Shown: positions 42,406 through 53,250 of the stretch, in pieces
Position numbering within the stretch: position 1 is the stretch's first letter
Layout: each line of letters starts with the position of its first letter
From: Candidatus Lambdaproteobacteria bacterium
Lineage (GTDB): Bacteria; SAR324; JACQKK01
Length of the DNA stretch: 64,000 nucleotides
Assembly (NCBI GenBank): GCA_016204605.1
Contig: JACQKK010000010.1
Coordinates: 77,549 to 141,548 of the forward strand
Reading direction: 5' to 3'
The notes under the pieces: model-generated
Seen by the model: the letters and a program-made list of their open reading frames with translations, nothing else
The model's database searches: none
Told to the model about the DNA's origin: nothing
Program-made: the position numbers and the translations under genes

Positions 42406-44142
42406 CTAGGGGGTCGCGGCGTTCGGTCGGTCCACCCGGAACAGATAGTGGGTGTTCAGGTAGCCGCCGGATTCCCACTCCATGGCGCCGTAGCGATCGC
42501 CCATCTCCAGGAAGAAGCCGTGCTGCCCCTTGGGCACCGTGATCGAGAACGTGATGCGGCTGCGGGGGAAATGGGTCTGCAGCAACGCGCCCTGCTCATC
42601 ATACACCCGCAGAGCGGGGCTGAGGTTGGTGCGCCCGAGCAGCACCCACTGCACCTGCAGCGTCTCGCCCGAGGGCAGGTACTCCGCGACGAAGGTATCC
42701 ACGTCGCTGCGCGAATCCAGCAGGCCGTACACGGCGGCGCCGATCGGGATCGGGTTCGCACGTTCGTGCCAGCCGTTGTCTTCGACCTCTGCGTAGACCG
42801 GATCCAGCTGCTGCGGCTCCTGCTGCGCGGCGAGCAACGCGTCGATCATCTCCGCCACGGAGCCCTGCCGCTGCTCCGCCGGAAACGGCTTCAGCTCCTG
42901 CTGCCTGGGCGGGTCGCGCCGGCGCACGTCGAGCTCGAGCACGTTGTTGACCCAGAAGGCGTTGAGCACCTCGAAGCCCTCGATCATCCGGCGCTGCAGC
43001 GCATCCTCCAGGCCGCGCCGCTCCTCGCTGTACGTGCCGCTGTAGGTGACGCTCTCCGGGCCGATCTCGCGCAGGGCGAACTTCTCGAACGGGGTGTCGC
43101 GGCGGAAGAACGCCCGCTCGAACGCCTCCTCCTCCGCCAGGTTGCGGAAGCCGCTCACCCGGATCTTGAGGGGGCGCGCGCCCCCCGCCACGAGCTGCTG
43201 CAGGGGCAGCGTGCGCGGCTGGAACTGGTTGAGCAACCCCTCGACCAGCAGCGCCGCCAGCTCCGGACCGGGGGCCGGCGCGACGCTGGCAGGACTTGCG
43301 CCGCCCGCGGGACGCGCACGCTGGACGATCTGCGTGAGGGCTTCGCCCGTCTCCGTCTGGTAGAGCGTCGCTTCGGCCGCGGGCACCCACTCGGCGGGGG
43401 CGCCGGGCGGGGCGCGTAGCGCGAAGGCCAGGAACAGCACGGCGGGCGACCGATAGCGCCGCAGCGCCTGCTGGCGCGGGGCCGGGTTGGCGTGCGGCGC
43501 CGCAAGCAGTTGCGCCACGGGGGCGGCCACCGCCTGCACCACGCTCGGCGCGAGGTTGAGCAGCGCCAGCCGCGCGGTCAGGTCAGCCAGGATGCGGGTG
43601 CGCTGCGAGGCAAGCGCCAGCACAGGATCGTGGGCGGAGTAGATCACGGCGATGGGACGGGGCGGCTCCCCGCGGATGGGCAGCGAAAGCTCGCGCAGGT
43701 CTTCCGTCAGTTGGGGGCGGTTCACCTGGGCCTGCACCGTCACCGCGTATCGGGTGCGGTCGAGCGAAGGCTCCGAGCGCTGCAGGCGGAAGGCGGCGAT
43801 GTAGCGGTCCAGCCGCCCGAGGATGCGGCGCCGAATCTCGTCGTCGTAGAGCGCCAGCCAGTCGGGGGCCACCAGCTCCTCGACCGCCTTGCGCACGATC
43901 GAGTTGCGGGCGACCTGCACCGCGCGGGTGCGGGCGTCGTCGAGGTTGTCCTCGAAGATCGGCACCTGGGCGCTGTCGCTGCGTTGCTCCGCCGTGTCCT
44001 GCGCCCAGAGCGCCCCACCGCCGAGCAGCCACCCGGCCAGCGCCAGCGCAGCGACCCGCAGCCCAACGAGCAGCGGTTCAGCGCGGCCTCGCCATGCGCC
44101 CTGGCGGCGCCCGCCGCCGGCCAGCGCCGCTCCCTGCCGCAT
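42406..44142 (-). CDS. Hypothetical secreted protein (578 aa)
   Basis: A signal peptide follows the MRQGAALAGG start (LRVAALALAGWLLGGGALWAQ). GC is native. I recognise no family. Confidence 0.5.
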   Translation of the reverse strand: MRQGAALAGGGRRQGAWRGRAEPLLVGLRVAALALAGWLLGGGALWAQDTAEQRSDSAQVPIFEDNLDDARTRAVQVARNSIVRKAVEELVAPDWLALYDDEIRRRILGRLDRYIAAFRLQRSEPSLDRTRYAVTVQAQVNRPQLTEDLRELSLPIRGEPPRPIAVIYSAHDPVLALASQRTRILADLTARLALLNLAPSVVQAVAAPVAQLLAAPHANPAPRQQALRRYRSPAVLFLAFALRAPPGAPAEWVPAAEATLYQTETGEALTQIVQRARPAGGASPASVAPAPGPELAALLVEGLLNQFQPRTLPLQQLVAGGARPLKIRVSGFRNLAEEEAFERAFFRRDTPFEKFALREIGPESVTYSGTYSEERRGLEDALQRRMIEGFEVLNAFWVNNVLELDVRRRDPPRQQELKPFPAEQRQGSVAEMIDALLAAQQEPQQLDPVYAEVEDNGWHERANPIPIGAAVYGLLDSRSDVDTFVAEYLPSGETLQVQWVLLGRTNLSPALRVYDEQGALLQTHFPRSRITFSITVPKGQHGFFLEMGDRYGAMEWESGGYLNTHYLFRVDRPNAATP

Positions 44143-44346
44143 GAGGTTTTCCTGTCTTTCCACCGGGACTCCATGCCACAGCGCCGCGGGCCGGCAGGCC
44201 ACCCGCCCCAGCCACCTGCGGGATGCACGGTTGCCGCCAGGAGCGCTGGAACGCGGGGGTGGCGGATCGAAACGCGCTACGATCCGGGCGCGGGGCGCTC
44301 CCTCCCCCATCAGGCAGGGAGCGCGAGGTGCGGCGAAGGCCAAGGG

Positions 44347-45579
44347 TCAGGAGCGGATGAAGCTCTGCAGCTCGTTCTTGAGCATGCGGATCACCAGCAG
44401 CGCATCGGCGCCGCCGACGGCGTCGGCGGGTCCGAAGATCCCCCGCACCTTGTTCTTGGGCTCCATCAGGTTGCGCGAGACGACCACCTGCACGGCGTTG
44501 AAGTAGGGCAGGTCGTTGCGCACGTCGGCGAAGGGCGAGGGGCTGCCGATGAACTTGGTGCGCAGCCCGCGTTCGCCGGTGACCTTGACCAGGATATCCT
44601 CGACCATCAGCGCGAACTCGGCCCGCGTGATGGGCTGGTCGGGGCTGAAGCGATGGTCCGGCCCTGGTTCGAGCCCGGCGATCTTCAGCTTCATCGCCTC
44701 CTCGATATCGGCCTTCAGCGGGTGATCGCCGATGTCGGTGGCTTCGGGCGCCCGTTGCAGCGTATCGGCCTGGAACCCCTGCTGGCCCTCGGGCGGGCGG
44801 AAGCCCGTATCGGCCTGCGGCGGGTTCCCTCTGCCGTAGATGCTCGCCAGCTTCAGCTCCTCGACGAACAGCGCGGCGATGTCGGCCTTGGTGATCTTCT
44901 CCTCGAACGCCACTGCGCGGCCATGGCGCGTGCCGGGGGCGGCGCGCAGAATCTTCTGCACCGTCGCCAGCTCGTCGTTGGCCTCGCCCGTCAATCCCCG
45001 GTTCATCCCCAGCACCCTCTGGTAGAGCTCCTGCGCCTTCTGCATCTCGAACGCGTCGCGGTAGGCGCGGGCCATGAAGAAGGCGGGCCGGGCATCCTGG
45101 CGCTGCTTGTCGAGCTTGGTCGCATCCGCGAAGTGATCCTCCGCCTCGCCCAGCCAGCCATCGGGAATCTTGCCGAGCTGGAACACGCGGATCGCGGCCA
45201 CGTGGGCCTCGCGCTTCTCGTCGTCGTTCTTGGCGTCGCTCAGAGCGCGCTTGATCAGGTCGCGCGCCTGCGACACCAACTCCTTCCGCTTGTCGCCGGA
45301 AACCCGGGGCTGGGCCGAGCGCGACGCCAGCACCACGGCCTTGCCGGCCTGGGCCGGGGCAAACTCGCGGTTGAGGCTGAGGGCGAGGTCGAAGGAGCGG
45401 TCGGCCTCGTCCAGCCGACCCTCGGCCAGGAAGTCGTTGCCGCGCAGCGCGTGGTGCTCCGGCGTATCGAGCCGGCCTGCGGCCTGGCGCGGTTTTTCGG
45501 CGCAGCCGCCGAACCCGATCGCCAGCGCGGCCGCGAGCAGCAATCCCAGCCCTGGCAGGCTTGCGTGTAAGCGCTTCAT
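44347..45579 (-). CDS. Putative lipoprotein with TPR-like repeats and a C-terminal SLH-like domain
   Basis: MKRLHASLPGLGLLLAAALAIGFGGC is a lipobox-like signal. The C-terminal FSPDQPITRAEFALMV resembles an S-layer-homology motif. Confidence 0.55.
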   Translation of the reverse strand: MKRLHASLPGLGLLLAAALAIGFGGCAEKPRQAAGRLDTPEHHALRGNDFLAEGRLDEADRSFDLALSLNREFAPAQAGKAVVLASRSAQPRVSGDKRKELVSQARDLIKRALSDAKNDDEKREAHVAAIRVFQLGKIPDGWLGEAEDHFADATKLDKQRQDARPAFFMARAYRDAFEMQKAQELYQRVLGMNRGLTGEANDELATVQKILRAAPGTRHGRAVAFEEKITKADIAALFVEELKLASIYGRGNPPQADTGFRPPEGQQGFQADTLQRAPEATDIGDHPLKADIEEAMKLKIAGLEPGPDHRFSPDQPITRAEFALMVEDILVKVTGERGLRTKFIGSPSPFADVRNDLPYFNAVQVVVSRNLMEPKNKVRGIFGPADAVGGADALLVIRMLKNELQSFIRS

Positions 45580-45650
45580 GAGCCTTCTCCTATCGGGGGT
45601 GCGTCCGGAAGGGCCGCCCGCGAGGGTGCAGGCGGTCCGGCGCGAGACGC

Positions 45651-46523
45651 TCAATCGAGCACGATCATCACGCGGGCTTCGCGCAGGAAGGTCTGGCCCT
45701 GTGAGGCGGCGCGCAGCCCATCGGCATCCTCCTTGGAGACCACCAGATCGGCGTTGTTCGCGCCCTGCGACTTGACGGCCTTGATCAGGGCGGGGTTGCC
45801 CTTCACGCGGTCGTTGGTCTGGGCCGCCTCGACGGATTTCACATAGCCCACCATCCCCTGCTTGATGGCGAAATCCCGGCTGACATAGGCCGAACCGTAA
45901 ACCTCGCGCCCGTCGGGATCGTAGACCTTGGGCGACATGGCGGGCACGATGCCCGTGCCGCGCGCGTCGATGACAAGTCCGCTGTAGGTCGTGCCCGGGG
46001 CGATCCGGCTGCCGCCGATCGGCCCTCCGGGCGCTTCCAGCAGCCTGGGGGCACCGCCCTCCTTACCCGCGTACAATTCGGCCGGCACGATCTCGTACAG
46101 CCGGGCCTCGACCTTGACCTGGATGGAACCGTCGGAGAAAAACTTGGGCTGGCCCAATTCACGCACGCCGTACAGGCGACCCTCGATAGACGACGCCACC
46201 TGGTCGTTCTCGATCATCGCCTGTTTCATGCTGGTCTGCGAGGAGATGTTGAGCCCCTTGATCAGCTCGAGCAGATTGCGGGACGCATCGATCCGGGCCG
46301 CACGCCGCGCCGTCAGGTTCTTCTGGGCGGCCGTGTTCGCGAACGCGGCCGGCGCTCCGGAACCCACGGCGATCGCGAAGCCGTTCGCCCAATCCACGCA
46401 GGAGGTTTCGCTGGGCTGAAGGCAGCGCGGGTCGATGTTTCCGCCCGGAACCGCCGGTGCCTGCGCCATCGCGGCCAGCGGCCCGATCCAGAGCGCCGCG
46501 AGCACCCACACCAATCTGGACAT
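45651..46523 (-). CDS. Hypothetical secreted protein (290 aa)
   Basis: It has a signal peptide (MSRLVWVLAALWIGPLAAMAQA) and native GC. Confidence 0.5.
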   Translation of the reverse strand: MSRLVWVLAALWIGPLAAMAQAPAVPGGNIDPRCLQPSETSCVDWANGFAIAVGSGAPAAFANTAAQKNLTARRAARIDASRNLLELIKGLNISSQTSMKQAMIENDQVASSIEGRLYGVRELGQPKFFSDGSIQVKVEARLYEIVPAELYAGKEGGAPRLLEAPGGPIGGSRIAPGTTYSGLVIDARGTGIVPAMSPKVYDPDGREVYGSAYVSRDFAIKQGMVGYVKSVEAAQTNDRVKGNPALIKAVKSQGANNADLVVSKEDADGLRAASQGQTFLREARVMIVLD

Positions 46524-47002
46524 ACCGAGTCTCCCCAAAAAGCACCTCGCCCGCCGCCTCTGCCGGACACCCTCAAGCACGGGGCGGAGCGTCCGGCTCA
46601 TCCTGCCAGCCCGCTGGCGACGAGGGCTCGCGCACTGTATCCAGGCGCCGTTGCGCCTGCCCTCAGACTCTACTGGTCGCGTTGCCGATCTGTCAAATGG
46701 CGGCACCGCGCGGGCAGCCTTCGGCAAGGCGCCCGACCACGCTGCGGGTCGCCGGCTCCGGCATCCGGGCAGCCGATGCAAGAACCACACCGCCAGTGGC
46801 GCAAAACGGCACAGGCTCCCGGTGCGCACCGCCGCGCCGTCGCGCCGGGAGAGGGGACGGATCGTGGCCGGATCGACACACGGCGGTCCGTGTTCGTGAT
46901 TCCGGGATGCCATGCCCCTGGACCGGTCCGGCAGCGCCCGGGGCCCGTCGCCGAGGCTGCATCCCCGTTCACCCGAGCGATTCTCCTGAACCTCCGCAGG
47001 GG

Positions 47003-47737
47003 TCAGAACGGGACGATGTACGCCAGCAGCACCGTATGGCCGGAAAGGCTCAGCAGGTGCCCGCTCTCGTCCCACGTCTCCCGCAGCTGGAGCGAGAAGG
47101 GCGTGGCGAAGGACCACTCGATCATGAGCGCCCCGATGCCGAGGGTTTCCTTGACGGCAGCGACATCGCTGCAGGTCGTCGTGGCGTCGCGCCCGCTGCA
47201 CTGCCGCAGTTGCACGAGGCGCTGCTGGACGCCGAGCCCGTAGCCGAAGAACCACGCCCGGCCGGCCCGCAGGCCGTGGAACAGCCAGAGCTGGTCGGAT
47301 TCGATGCCCACGAAGTTGAAGGCATCGCCCTTGTATTGCGCCGCGCTGGTGAGCTTGCCCCGGTAGACGCTGCGGGCATAGCCCAAGCGGGCGGCGCTCC
47401 AGACGGCCATCGCGTTCAGCTCCGCGCCCCTGGCGAAGAGCGGGCCGCTCCCCAGCTCCGCGCCGGTCTCCTCCGAGCGCAGCGTCAGGAACGGGGAACC
47501 GAGCGCGATCTGGAATCCGTGGTCGGGCTCGATGTGCTCCGGGCGCATCGGCTCGGGCACGCGCACGGGCAGGTCATAGGGAGCCGCGGGGAACGCGGTC
47601 GCTGGCGCCATCGGGCCGGGCGGCCCGGACACTTGTGCATGCGCCCGCGAGGCGCCGAGCGCCAGCAGCGCCGCCAGGATCGCGGCTGCCGCGGTCGCAG
47701 CCCTCCGGCCGCATGGCGCCGCGCCGGTGGCGCTCAT
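47003..47737 (-). CDS. Small outer-membrane beta-barrel protein
   Basis: It has a signal peptide, alternating hydrophobic beta-strand patterning and a C-terminal ...LLAYIVPF. Confidence 0.55.
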   Translation of the reverse strand: MSATGAAPCGRRAATAAAAILAALLALGASRAHAQVSGPPGPMAPATAFPAAPYDLPVRVPEPMRPEHIEPDHGFQIALGSPFLTLRSEETGAELGSGPLFARGAELNAMAVWSAARLGYARSVYRGKLTSAAQYKGDAFNFVGIESDQLWLFHGLRAGRAWFFGYGLGVQQRLVQLRQCSGRDATTTCSDVAAVKETLGIGALMIEWSFATPFSLQLRETWDESGHLLSLSGHTVLLAYIVPF

Positions 47738-50172
47738 AGCCCCTGCCAAGGCAGAAGGGAGCGGCTTCCGCTCACGGCGTTCCCGAGGTTCACGGTGAGC
47801 AACAGGGTGCGGTCCAGGATATACAGGGGCTGCCCGCGCTGGGTCGTCAGGCTCACCTGCTCCTGGTAGCTCAGGCGCAGCCCATAGCAGCCGGGATGGT
47901 AGTCCAGGAACGCCAGCCCCGTCTCGATGCGCCGATCGAGCGGCGCCGGCTGCTTGGCCATGTTGACGGTGCCGCTCAGCCCCATCGAGACCGTGTCGCT
48001 GACCAGCAGCTCGCTGGAGAAGCCGAAGGAGCTGGCGGCGGGGTTCAGCTTGTCGTCGGGCGTGCGGTAGGTGAAGTCGTTCTGGTAGTACGAGACGGCC
48101 AGGTTGCTGTGGGGGATGATCTGCCCCTCGAGCCCGATCCGGGTCTCGACGACCCGCGCCAGCTCATGATCGTAGCGCAGGGTCAACCCCAGGCCGTAGC
48201 CGCGACCCCTCAGCGTGCCCTCGACGATGGCGGGGAGCAGCGGCTTGCCGGGCGGGTTCTCCGCTGTGCAGTCCGGGGTCAGCGCGCTCTCGAGCGGGCA
48301 GGGGAGCTTCGGCCCCTTGTGCTCGAAGGTCTTGTCGGCCAGCAGCAGGTTGTAGCGCTGGATCAGGTTGAGCGTAGCCACGCTCCGCGGCGCGCCATCG
48401 CCCACGCGGCGCTCCCAGGTGTTGTCAAACCGGAAGGTCGCCAGGCGCTGTGCGAAAAGGGGGCGGATCACACCACTCACCGGATCCAGGGGGCGGATCT
48501 CGCCGCTTGCCGGGTCTCTGTGCAAACTCTGCGAGGCCTCGGGTGGGCAGGTGGCGGACGTATTCAGGTTGCAGAACACCAGCGACCCGGCGAGCGGCTG
48601 CGCCACGTCCTCGACCTCGGCATAGAGCAACCGCGGCGTGAAGCGGTGGCGCAGGGTCGATCCCTCGCCGCGGAAATCGCGAGACCAGGGCCAGCGCCAT
48701 TCGACCTCCATCCCGCTCTGGGCGTATGCTTGAGGATCGAGCGCCAGTTCGTCGGGCGCGTTAGCCCCTGGTTCTGGGATGAAGCGGCGCGTCAGCCCCT
48801 GGTACTGCACGAATCGCCGCACGAGATTGGTACGGAGCTCCATCGAGCCGACCAGCGGGATGGGCAGGGTAAGGGTCGGGCTGGCGGTGTAGGCCGTGCC
48901 TGAGACCCCCTGCTCGGTGGCGAAGCGGGTGGCCGTGGCGGAAAGCTGCATCCCCAGCTCCAGCTTCGAGAACAGCCGGCCCCCGGTGGAGAACACCAGG
49001 CGCGGCGCCTGCAGCGGCCGCTGCTTCTCATCGGTGAAGGCTGTGCGGTTCGCGAACAGGGACTCTTCGCTGTATTCTGCGGCGCGGGTCAGCGAGATGG
49101 CGCCATCGCCCCAGCTCGATTGGTGCGAGAGCGTGCCCTCGGCCACCAGCGCCGGCCGGTAGTTCTCCAGCCGGTCGTACTCGCGCCGCACCTGACCATC
49201 GCTGGAGCGCGCTGCGCTCCAGGTCAAGCGGGTGGCGGCACCGAGCGCCTGAGTGTGGTTCCAGTCGAAGGTGAAGCGCGCCGGGTGGCGGGTCTGCTGT
49301 GCCAGATCGATCGAGGGCAGGGTGTTCTCGATCTCCAGCGCACGGGCCACGGCTTCCGAGATGCCCCACAGCCGCACCAGGCCGCTCTGATCCTCGCGGA
49401 ACGCGTAGGCGTATTCCGTGCCCAGGGCGCCGCCCCGCCGCTCGATGTATTCCGGGTAGAGCGTCAGGTCATGGTCCACCCCGAGCGCCCAGAATACGGG
49501 GAACGACAAGCGGTTGTTCAGCTTGAGCCGGGTGAGGGAGGAGCTGTGGAACGCCAGCCGGGGCGGCAACACCCCGCTGCGCCGCTCGTCCACCGTGGGC
49601 CAGGCCACGATCGGAAACCAGAACACCGGGACCCCGCCCACCTGAAGCGTGAAGTTCCTGGCCACCGCGAATTCGCCGGGGTAGTAGTCCACGAGGCTGG
49701 CGGAGACCCGCCAGCCGGTGTCCGGCGGGCGGCAGTTGGTGATCGTGCACCGGCTGGCCCGGAAGTGCTTCTCGTCCACCTGCACGATCTGCTCGCCGGC
49801 AATGGTGTAGCCGCTCTGCGTATCGTAGAGCTGCCCCTCGAAGAAGGTGCCCATGCCCGTCTGCCCGTCGAGCTCGAGGCGCCGGGCGACGCCGTAGAGG
49901 CGGCCCTGGCTGAACCGGACGGCCCCGGTGGCGCGGATGCGGCTGGTCTCCGTCTCGATCTCGATCTCGCTCGCGTCGATGGTCAGCTCGCCCAGTTGCA
50001 CGCGCGCGTCTTGGTACCGGTAGGTCTTCGTGCGCTCGTCGTACTCGAAGGTGGGGGTGTCGATGCGGATCTCGACGGCGTGGGCCAGGCCGGAAGACCC
50101 GGGCCAAAGCGGCAAGCCGCCCTTCCCCAGCAGCGCGATCGCCGCCACGAGCGCCCAACCGATCCGTCTCAT
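47734..50172 (-). CDS. lptD: LPS-assembly protein LptD (OstA)
   Basis: 812 aa with a signal peptide, an N-terminal OstA-like domain, and a large C-terminal barrel. Confidence 0.85.
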   Translation of the reverse strand: MRRIGWALVAAIALLGKGGLPLWPGSSGLAHAVEIRIDTPTFEYDERTKTYRYQDARVQLGELTIDASEIEIETETSRIRATGAVRFSQGRLYGVARRLELDGQTGMGTFFEGQLYDTQSGYTIAGEQIVQVDEKHFRASRCTITNCRPPDTGWRVSASLVDYYPGEFAVARNFTLQVGGVPVFWFPIVAWPTVDERRSGVLPPRLAFHSSSLTRLKLNNRLSFPVFWALGVDHDLTLYPEYIERRGGALGTEYAYAFREDQSGLVRLWGISEAVARALEIENTLPSIDLAQQTRHPARFTFDWNHTQALGAATRLTWSAARSSDGQVRREYDRLENYRPALVAEGTLSHQSSWGDGAISLTRAAEYSEESLFANRTAFTDEKQRPLQAPRLVFSTGGRLFSKLELGMQLSATATRFATEQGVSGTAYTASPTLTLPIPLVGSMELRTNLVRRFVQYQGLTRRFIPEPGANAPDELALDPQAYAQSGMEVEWRWPWSRDFRGEGSTLRHRFTPRLLYAEVEDVAQPLAGSLVFCNLNTSATCPPEASQSLHRDPASGEIRPLDPVSGVIRPLFAQRLATFRFDNTWERRVGDGAPRSVATLNLIQRYNLLLADKTFEHKGPKLPCPLESALTPDCTAENPPGKPLLPAIVEGTLRGRGYGLGLTLRYDHELARVVETRIGLEGQIIPHSNLAVSYYQNDFTYRTPDDKLNPAASSFGFSSELLVSDTVSMGLSGTVNMAKQPAPLDRRIETGLAFLDYHPGCYGLRLSYQEQVSLTTQRGQPLYILDRTLLLTVNLGNAVSGSRSLLPWQGL

Positions 50173-50190
50173 CGCGGGGCTTGATCCCTC

Positions 50191-51072
50191 TCAGGCGTTG
50201 CCCACTTGGCTTTCCCGCAGAAGGGCGCTCAGATCGCTTCTGGAGAAAACGTAGGTCGTCGCGCAGAACTGGCAGTTGACCTCGGCCTTGCCGTCGCGAT
50301 CGCGCATGTCGCGCAACTCCTCCGGCTCGATCATGCGCAGCACCGACTCGACCTTCTCGCGCGAGCACTGGCAGCGGTAGGAGGGCTCGGTTTCGCCCAG
50401 CAGTTGGGGGCGCTCCGCGATCCCCAATCGCTCCAGCATGGCCTCGAGCGGGCGCGGGGCCGCTTCGAGCCAGCCCTGGAAATCGCGCTGCTCCAGCGTG
50501 CGGCGGTGGCGGTCGAACAGGGTCAGGTCGCAGCCGGGCAGCGGCTGCAGCAGGAGGCCCACCGCCGAGCGCAGCCGCAGGGGTTCGAGCGGCGGCATGT
50601 TCAGCCCCACCACCAGCGCCGACTCGATCCCGAAGGACAGCGAGAGGAAGTGCGCCAGATCCCGGGAGACATCCCGGAACACCGCCTGCGTGATGCCCTT
50701 GCGGCCGACCCGGTTCGGCCAGCTCGTCACCCCGGAAACCTGGCCGCTGCCGCCGATGGCCTGCGAGAGCGTGGTCACCTCCGGGAACAGCCTCAGGCGC
50801 TGGGCGAACCCGCGCACCTCGCCCCGCTCGTTGAGGTCCGCCAGGATCGTGCCCACCGGGCCCGGGTACAGCCAGCGCAGGGTCAGCCGCTGCTCGTGCT
50901 TGAGCTCCACGGACAGCAGCGCGGCACATGTGAGCGCCTCGCTGAGCAGCCAGCCCGCCACCTGATCGGCATGATGGCGCGCGATGCTCTCGCTGCACAG
51001 GGCAGCCGCCTCGCATGCGGCGAAGCGGATGTGATGCGCGGGGAACGTGCCCCGGATCAGGCGGTCGGCCAT
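50191..51072 (-). CDS. hslO: 33 kDa chaperonin Hsp33 (redox-regulated)
   Basis: 293 aa from MADRLIRG. The C-terminal CQCSREK...CQFCATTY is the zinc-binding redox switch of HslO. Confidence 0.85.
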   Translation of the reverse strand: MADRLIRGTFPAHHIRFAACEAAALCSESIARHHADQVAGWLLSEALTCAALLSVELKHEQRLTLRWLYPGPVGTILADLNERGEVRGFAQRLRLFPEVTTLSQAIGGSGQVSGVTSWPNRVGRKGITQAVFRDVSRDLAHFLSLSFGIESALVVGLNMPPLEPLRLRSAVGLLLQPLPGCDLTLFDRHRRTLEQRDFQGWLEAAPRPLEAMLERLGIAERPQLLGETEPSYRCQCSREKVESVLRMIEPEELRDMRDRDGKAEVNCQFCATTYVFSRSDLSALLRESQVGNA

Positions 51073-51875
51073 CCGTGCTGCTCCAGCGGGGGCTGGCCAG
51101 CCGCGGAAATCCCCCACGGGCCGGCCGGTTGGTTGCGCCGCTCCGCCGCGGCGCTGCGCTCCTTCGCCGGGACCACCATAGCGGCCCCGCGCGCGGAGGT
51201 AAACGGGGCGGCAGGCCTCAGCGGCTGGGCGCGCGAACGCGCGCCGGCGCGGCTGCCTCAGGCCAGGCGGAGCATGCCGTATCCGCGTGTGCATGCTCGC
51301 CCGCCCTCGTGCTATAATTTGCTTTTGTCAGGCCCCTTGTGACCACGACTGTGAACCGTGCAATGATGATCTGAAGAGGTCTGGCCAATTTGCGCAAGGA
51401 TCAGGTTCGTCGCGGCGTCACACCTGAGCGCCGTGCTGCTCCTGCACGGTGCAGGATGCTCGACCGCCCCGCCGGCCCCCCACCGGCTGTGGGAATCGGG
51501 GGGGCAACTCGGCGTTCCGGTATTCGGGAGTAGACTTTGACGACTATGTCGCCCACCTGCACAACAGCAGAGCCACGACGAGCTCCTATCTGACCGAGGC
51601 GAATAAGGCCCAGGTCATCGAGGCGTGTAGCCCCTTCGATTCGGCGGTTGGTCGCGACCGCGACAACGGTCGAATTCTCTCACCTCCGAGTCCCCGCCTA
51701 GAAAGGCCGGGCGGTGACCTCGGAAATGGGACGGAACCGAAAGTCGTCAAGACGAAGATTCGTTGGCGCCCAGGTTGATGTGGGCGGGGAAAATAGTTCG
51801 GGCTGCAGCGGGCCCTCGACGAGTTGGGTCATCTGGCCATGGCAGCGGTGACTGAGTCATGCCCGCACGGGTCTG

Positions 51876-52601
51876 GTGTTTCCGGACGTGATGCGCTATA
51901 GAGCACCGGACTCCGAAGCGAGCGGAAATTCAAGGCAGAAGACTACCAGCGCAGGACTACACGTGGCGGGCTACCATATTGAACTCGAAGGTCAGGCTCT
52001 CGTTCTACTGGGGAAATTCAATCCGGGCATTATTCAACCGGCTTGGCTAGCCCACCAGGGACTCATCCGCCCTGAAGAGTCAGACAGCGCAAAGATTGAT
52101 ATCATTCGCTCTGAAATCTCGCTGTTCTCGATTGGTTCACTTAAACTGCTAACGCAGCCGGAAAAATTCCAAATTGAGACCGTCGCAGTTGAAGAGAGTC
52201 CTACGATCAAGGACCTTGCGCTTGGCATATTTACAGTGCTTGAGCATACCCCATTGTCAGCACTCGGGATTAATCGAGATGTCCATTTCAAAGTTGAATC
52301 GACCGACGTGTGGCATGCCGTTGGTCATCGACTTGTACCTAAGGATGTTTGGAAATCAATCATGGAAGAGCCAGGCACGAGATCTGTCATCGTAAGATCA
52401 AACAGACCAACCAAGGAGGGGCGATTGACGGTAAGAGTCGAACCGTCTGCGCGGACACAACCTGGCATCTATGTAGGAACAAACCTGCATTTCAACCTTG
52501 AACGACCCCAAATACTTCAAGTATTGGATAAAATGTGGGAGCAATCGCAGATCAACGCGCGAAAAGCAGCCGAGACGATTCTCGAATATTGCACAGGATG
52601 A
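51876..52601 (+). CDS. Hypothetical protein (241 aa), gene 1 of a low-GC island
   Basis: GC is ~48-50% against the ~70% background. I recognise no family. The start could be a few codons downstream (MRYRAP). Confidence 0.5.
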   Translation: MFPDVMRYRAPDSEASGNSRQKTTSAGLHVAGYHIELEGQALVLLGKFNPGIIQPAWLAHQGLIRPEESDSAKIDIIRSEISLFSIGSLKLLTQPEKFQIETVAVEESPTIKDLALGIFTVLEHTPLSALGINRDVHFKVESTDVWHAVGHRLVPKDVWKSIMEEPGTRSVIVRSNRPTKEGRLTVRVEPSARTQPGIYVGTNLHFNLERPQILQVLDKMWEQSQINARKAAETILEYCTG

Positions 52602-52608
52602 CTAGGAA

Positions 52609-53250
52609 ATGCTTACACCAAAGGAGTTCAAAGTTTGGCAGCCTCCTCCATTCGATGAGGCGGATCTCACTGCAACATTCGATGAGGCGGATCTCACTGC
52701 AAACAGAGATCGATCCTTACCGGGGGGCGGTACAAGTCGGTCCCTTCCACCTACCCTTGTTCCCCAATCTCGCACAATCCCCGACCAGTCGACTGCCACT
52801 CTGAGACCAGAAGAAGCGCAATCCGAGAGAATGAGTAGGCCGGCTGAAAAGCAGGTGCACGAGGTTCCATTTGTCGTCCCGCAACAAGGGACTATTACCC
52901 ATCGAACGCAGCTCTTGGAACAATGGGAAGGGACTGTTCAGACGATTTCCCAGAAGAAGTTCGTCGCGGTGCTAAGGTCAATGCTTTCGGCAGAACGAAC
53001 TGAAGAGTCGGCAACCTTCGAAATCGATTCGGTACCTGATGCCGACCTTTCGCTTGTACAGCCCGGGGCCGTATTCTATTGGAGTGTCGGCTACAGGAAC
53101 GAGCTAAGCGGGCAGAAGGTGCTAATGAGCGTTGTCAGATTCCGAAGGCTGCCCGCATGGTCGAAGCGCGATATTGAACGCGCAAGAAACACAGCGGAGA
53201 AATTCTCGGTATTTTTCGATGATCAACATTCGGAATCGGCCAGCGGCTGA
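52609..53250 (+). CDS. Hypothetical protein (213 aa), gene 2 of the low-GC island, with an internal 24-bp tandem duplication
   Basis: GC is low. FDEADLTA is repeated twice, encoded by a perfect 24-bp tandem repeat. I recognise no family. Confidence 0.45.
   Translation: MLTPKEFKVWQPPPFDEADLTATFDEADLTANRDRSLPGGGTSRSLPPTLVPQSRTIPDQSTATLRPEEAQSERMSRPAEKQVHEVPFVVPQQGTITHRTQLLEQWEGTVQTISQKKFVAVLRSMLSAERTEESATFEIDSVPDADLSLVQPGAVFYWSVGYRNELSGQKVLMSVVRFRRLPAWSKRDIERARNTAEKFSVFFDDQHSESASG

Noticed and set aside
51449-51778. 109-aa plus-strand ORF at the left edge of the low-GC island
   Set aside because: Its N-terminal half is Pro/Arg/Gly-rich junk with no ribosome-binding site. The C-terminal half could be a gene fragment, but there is not enough to call it. 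It might instead be the decayed edge of the island.
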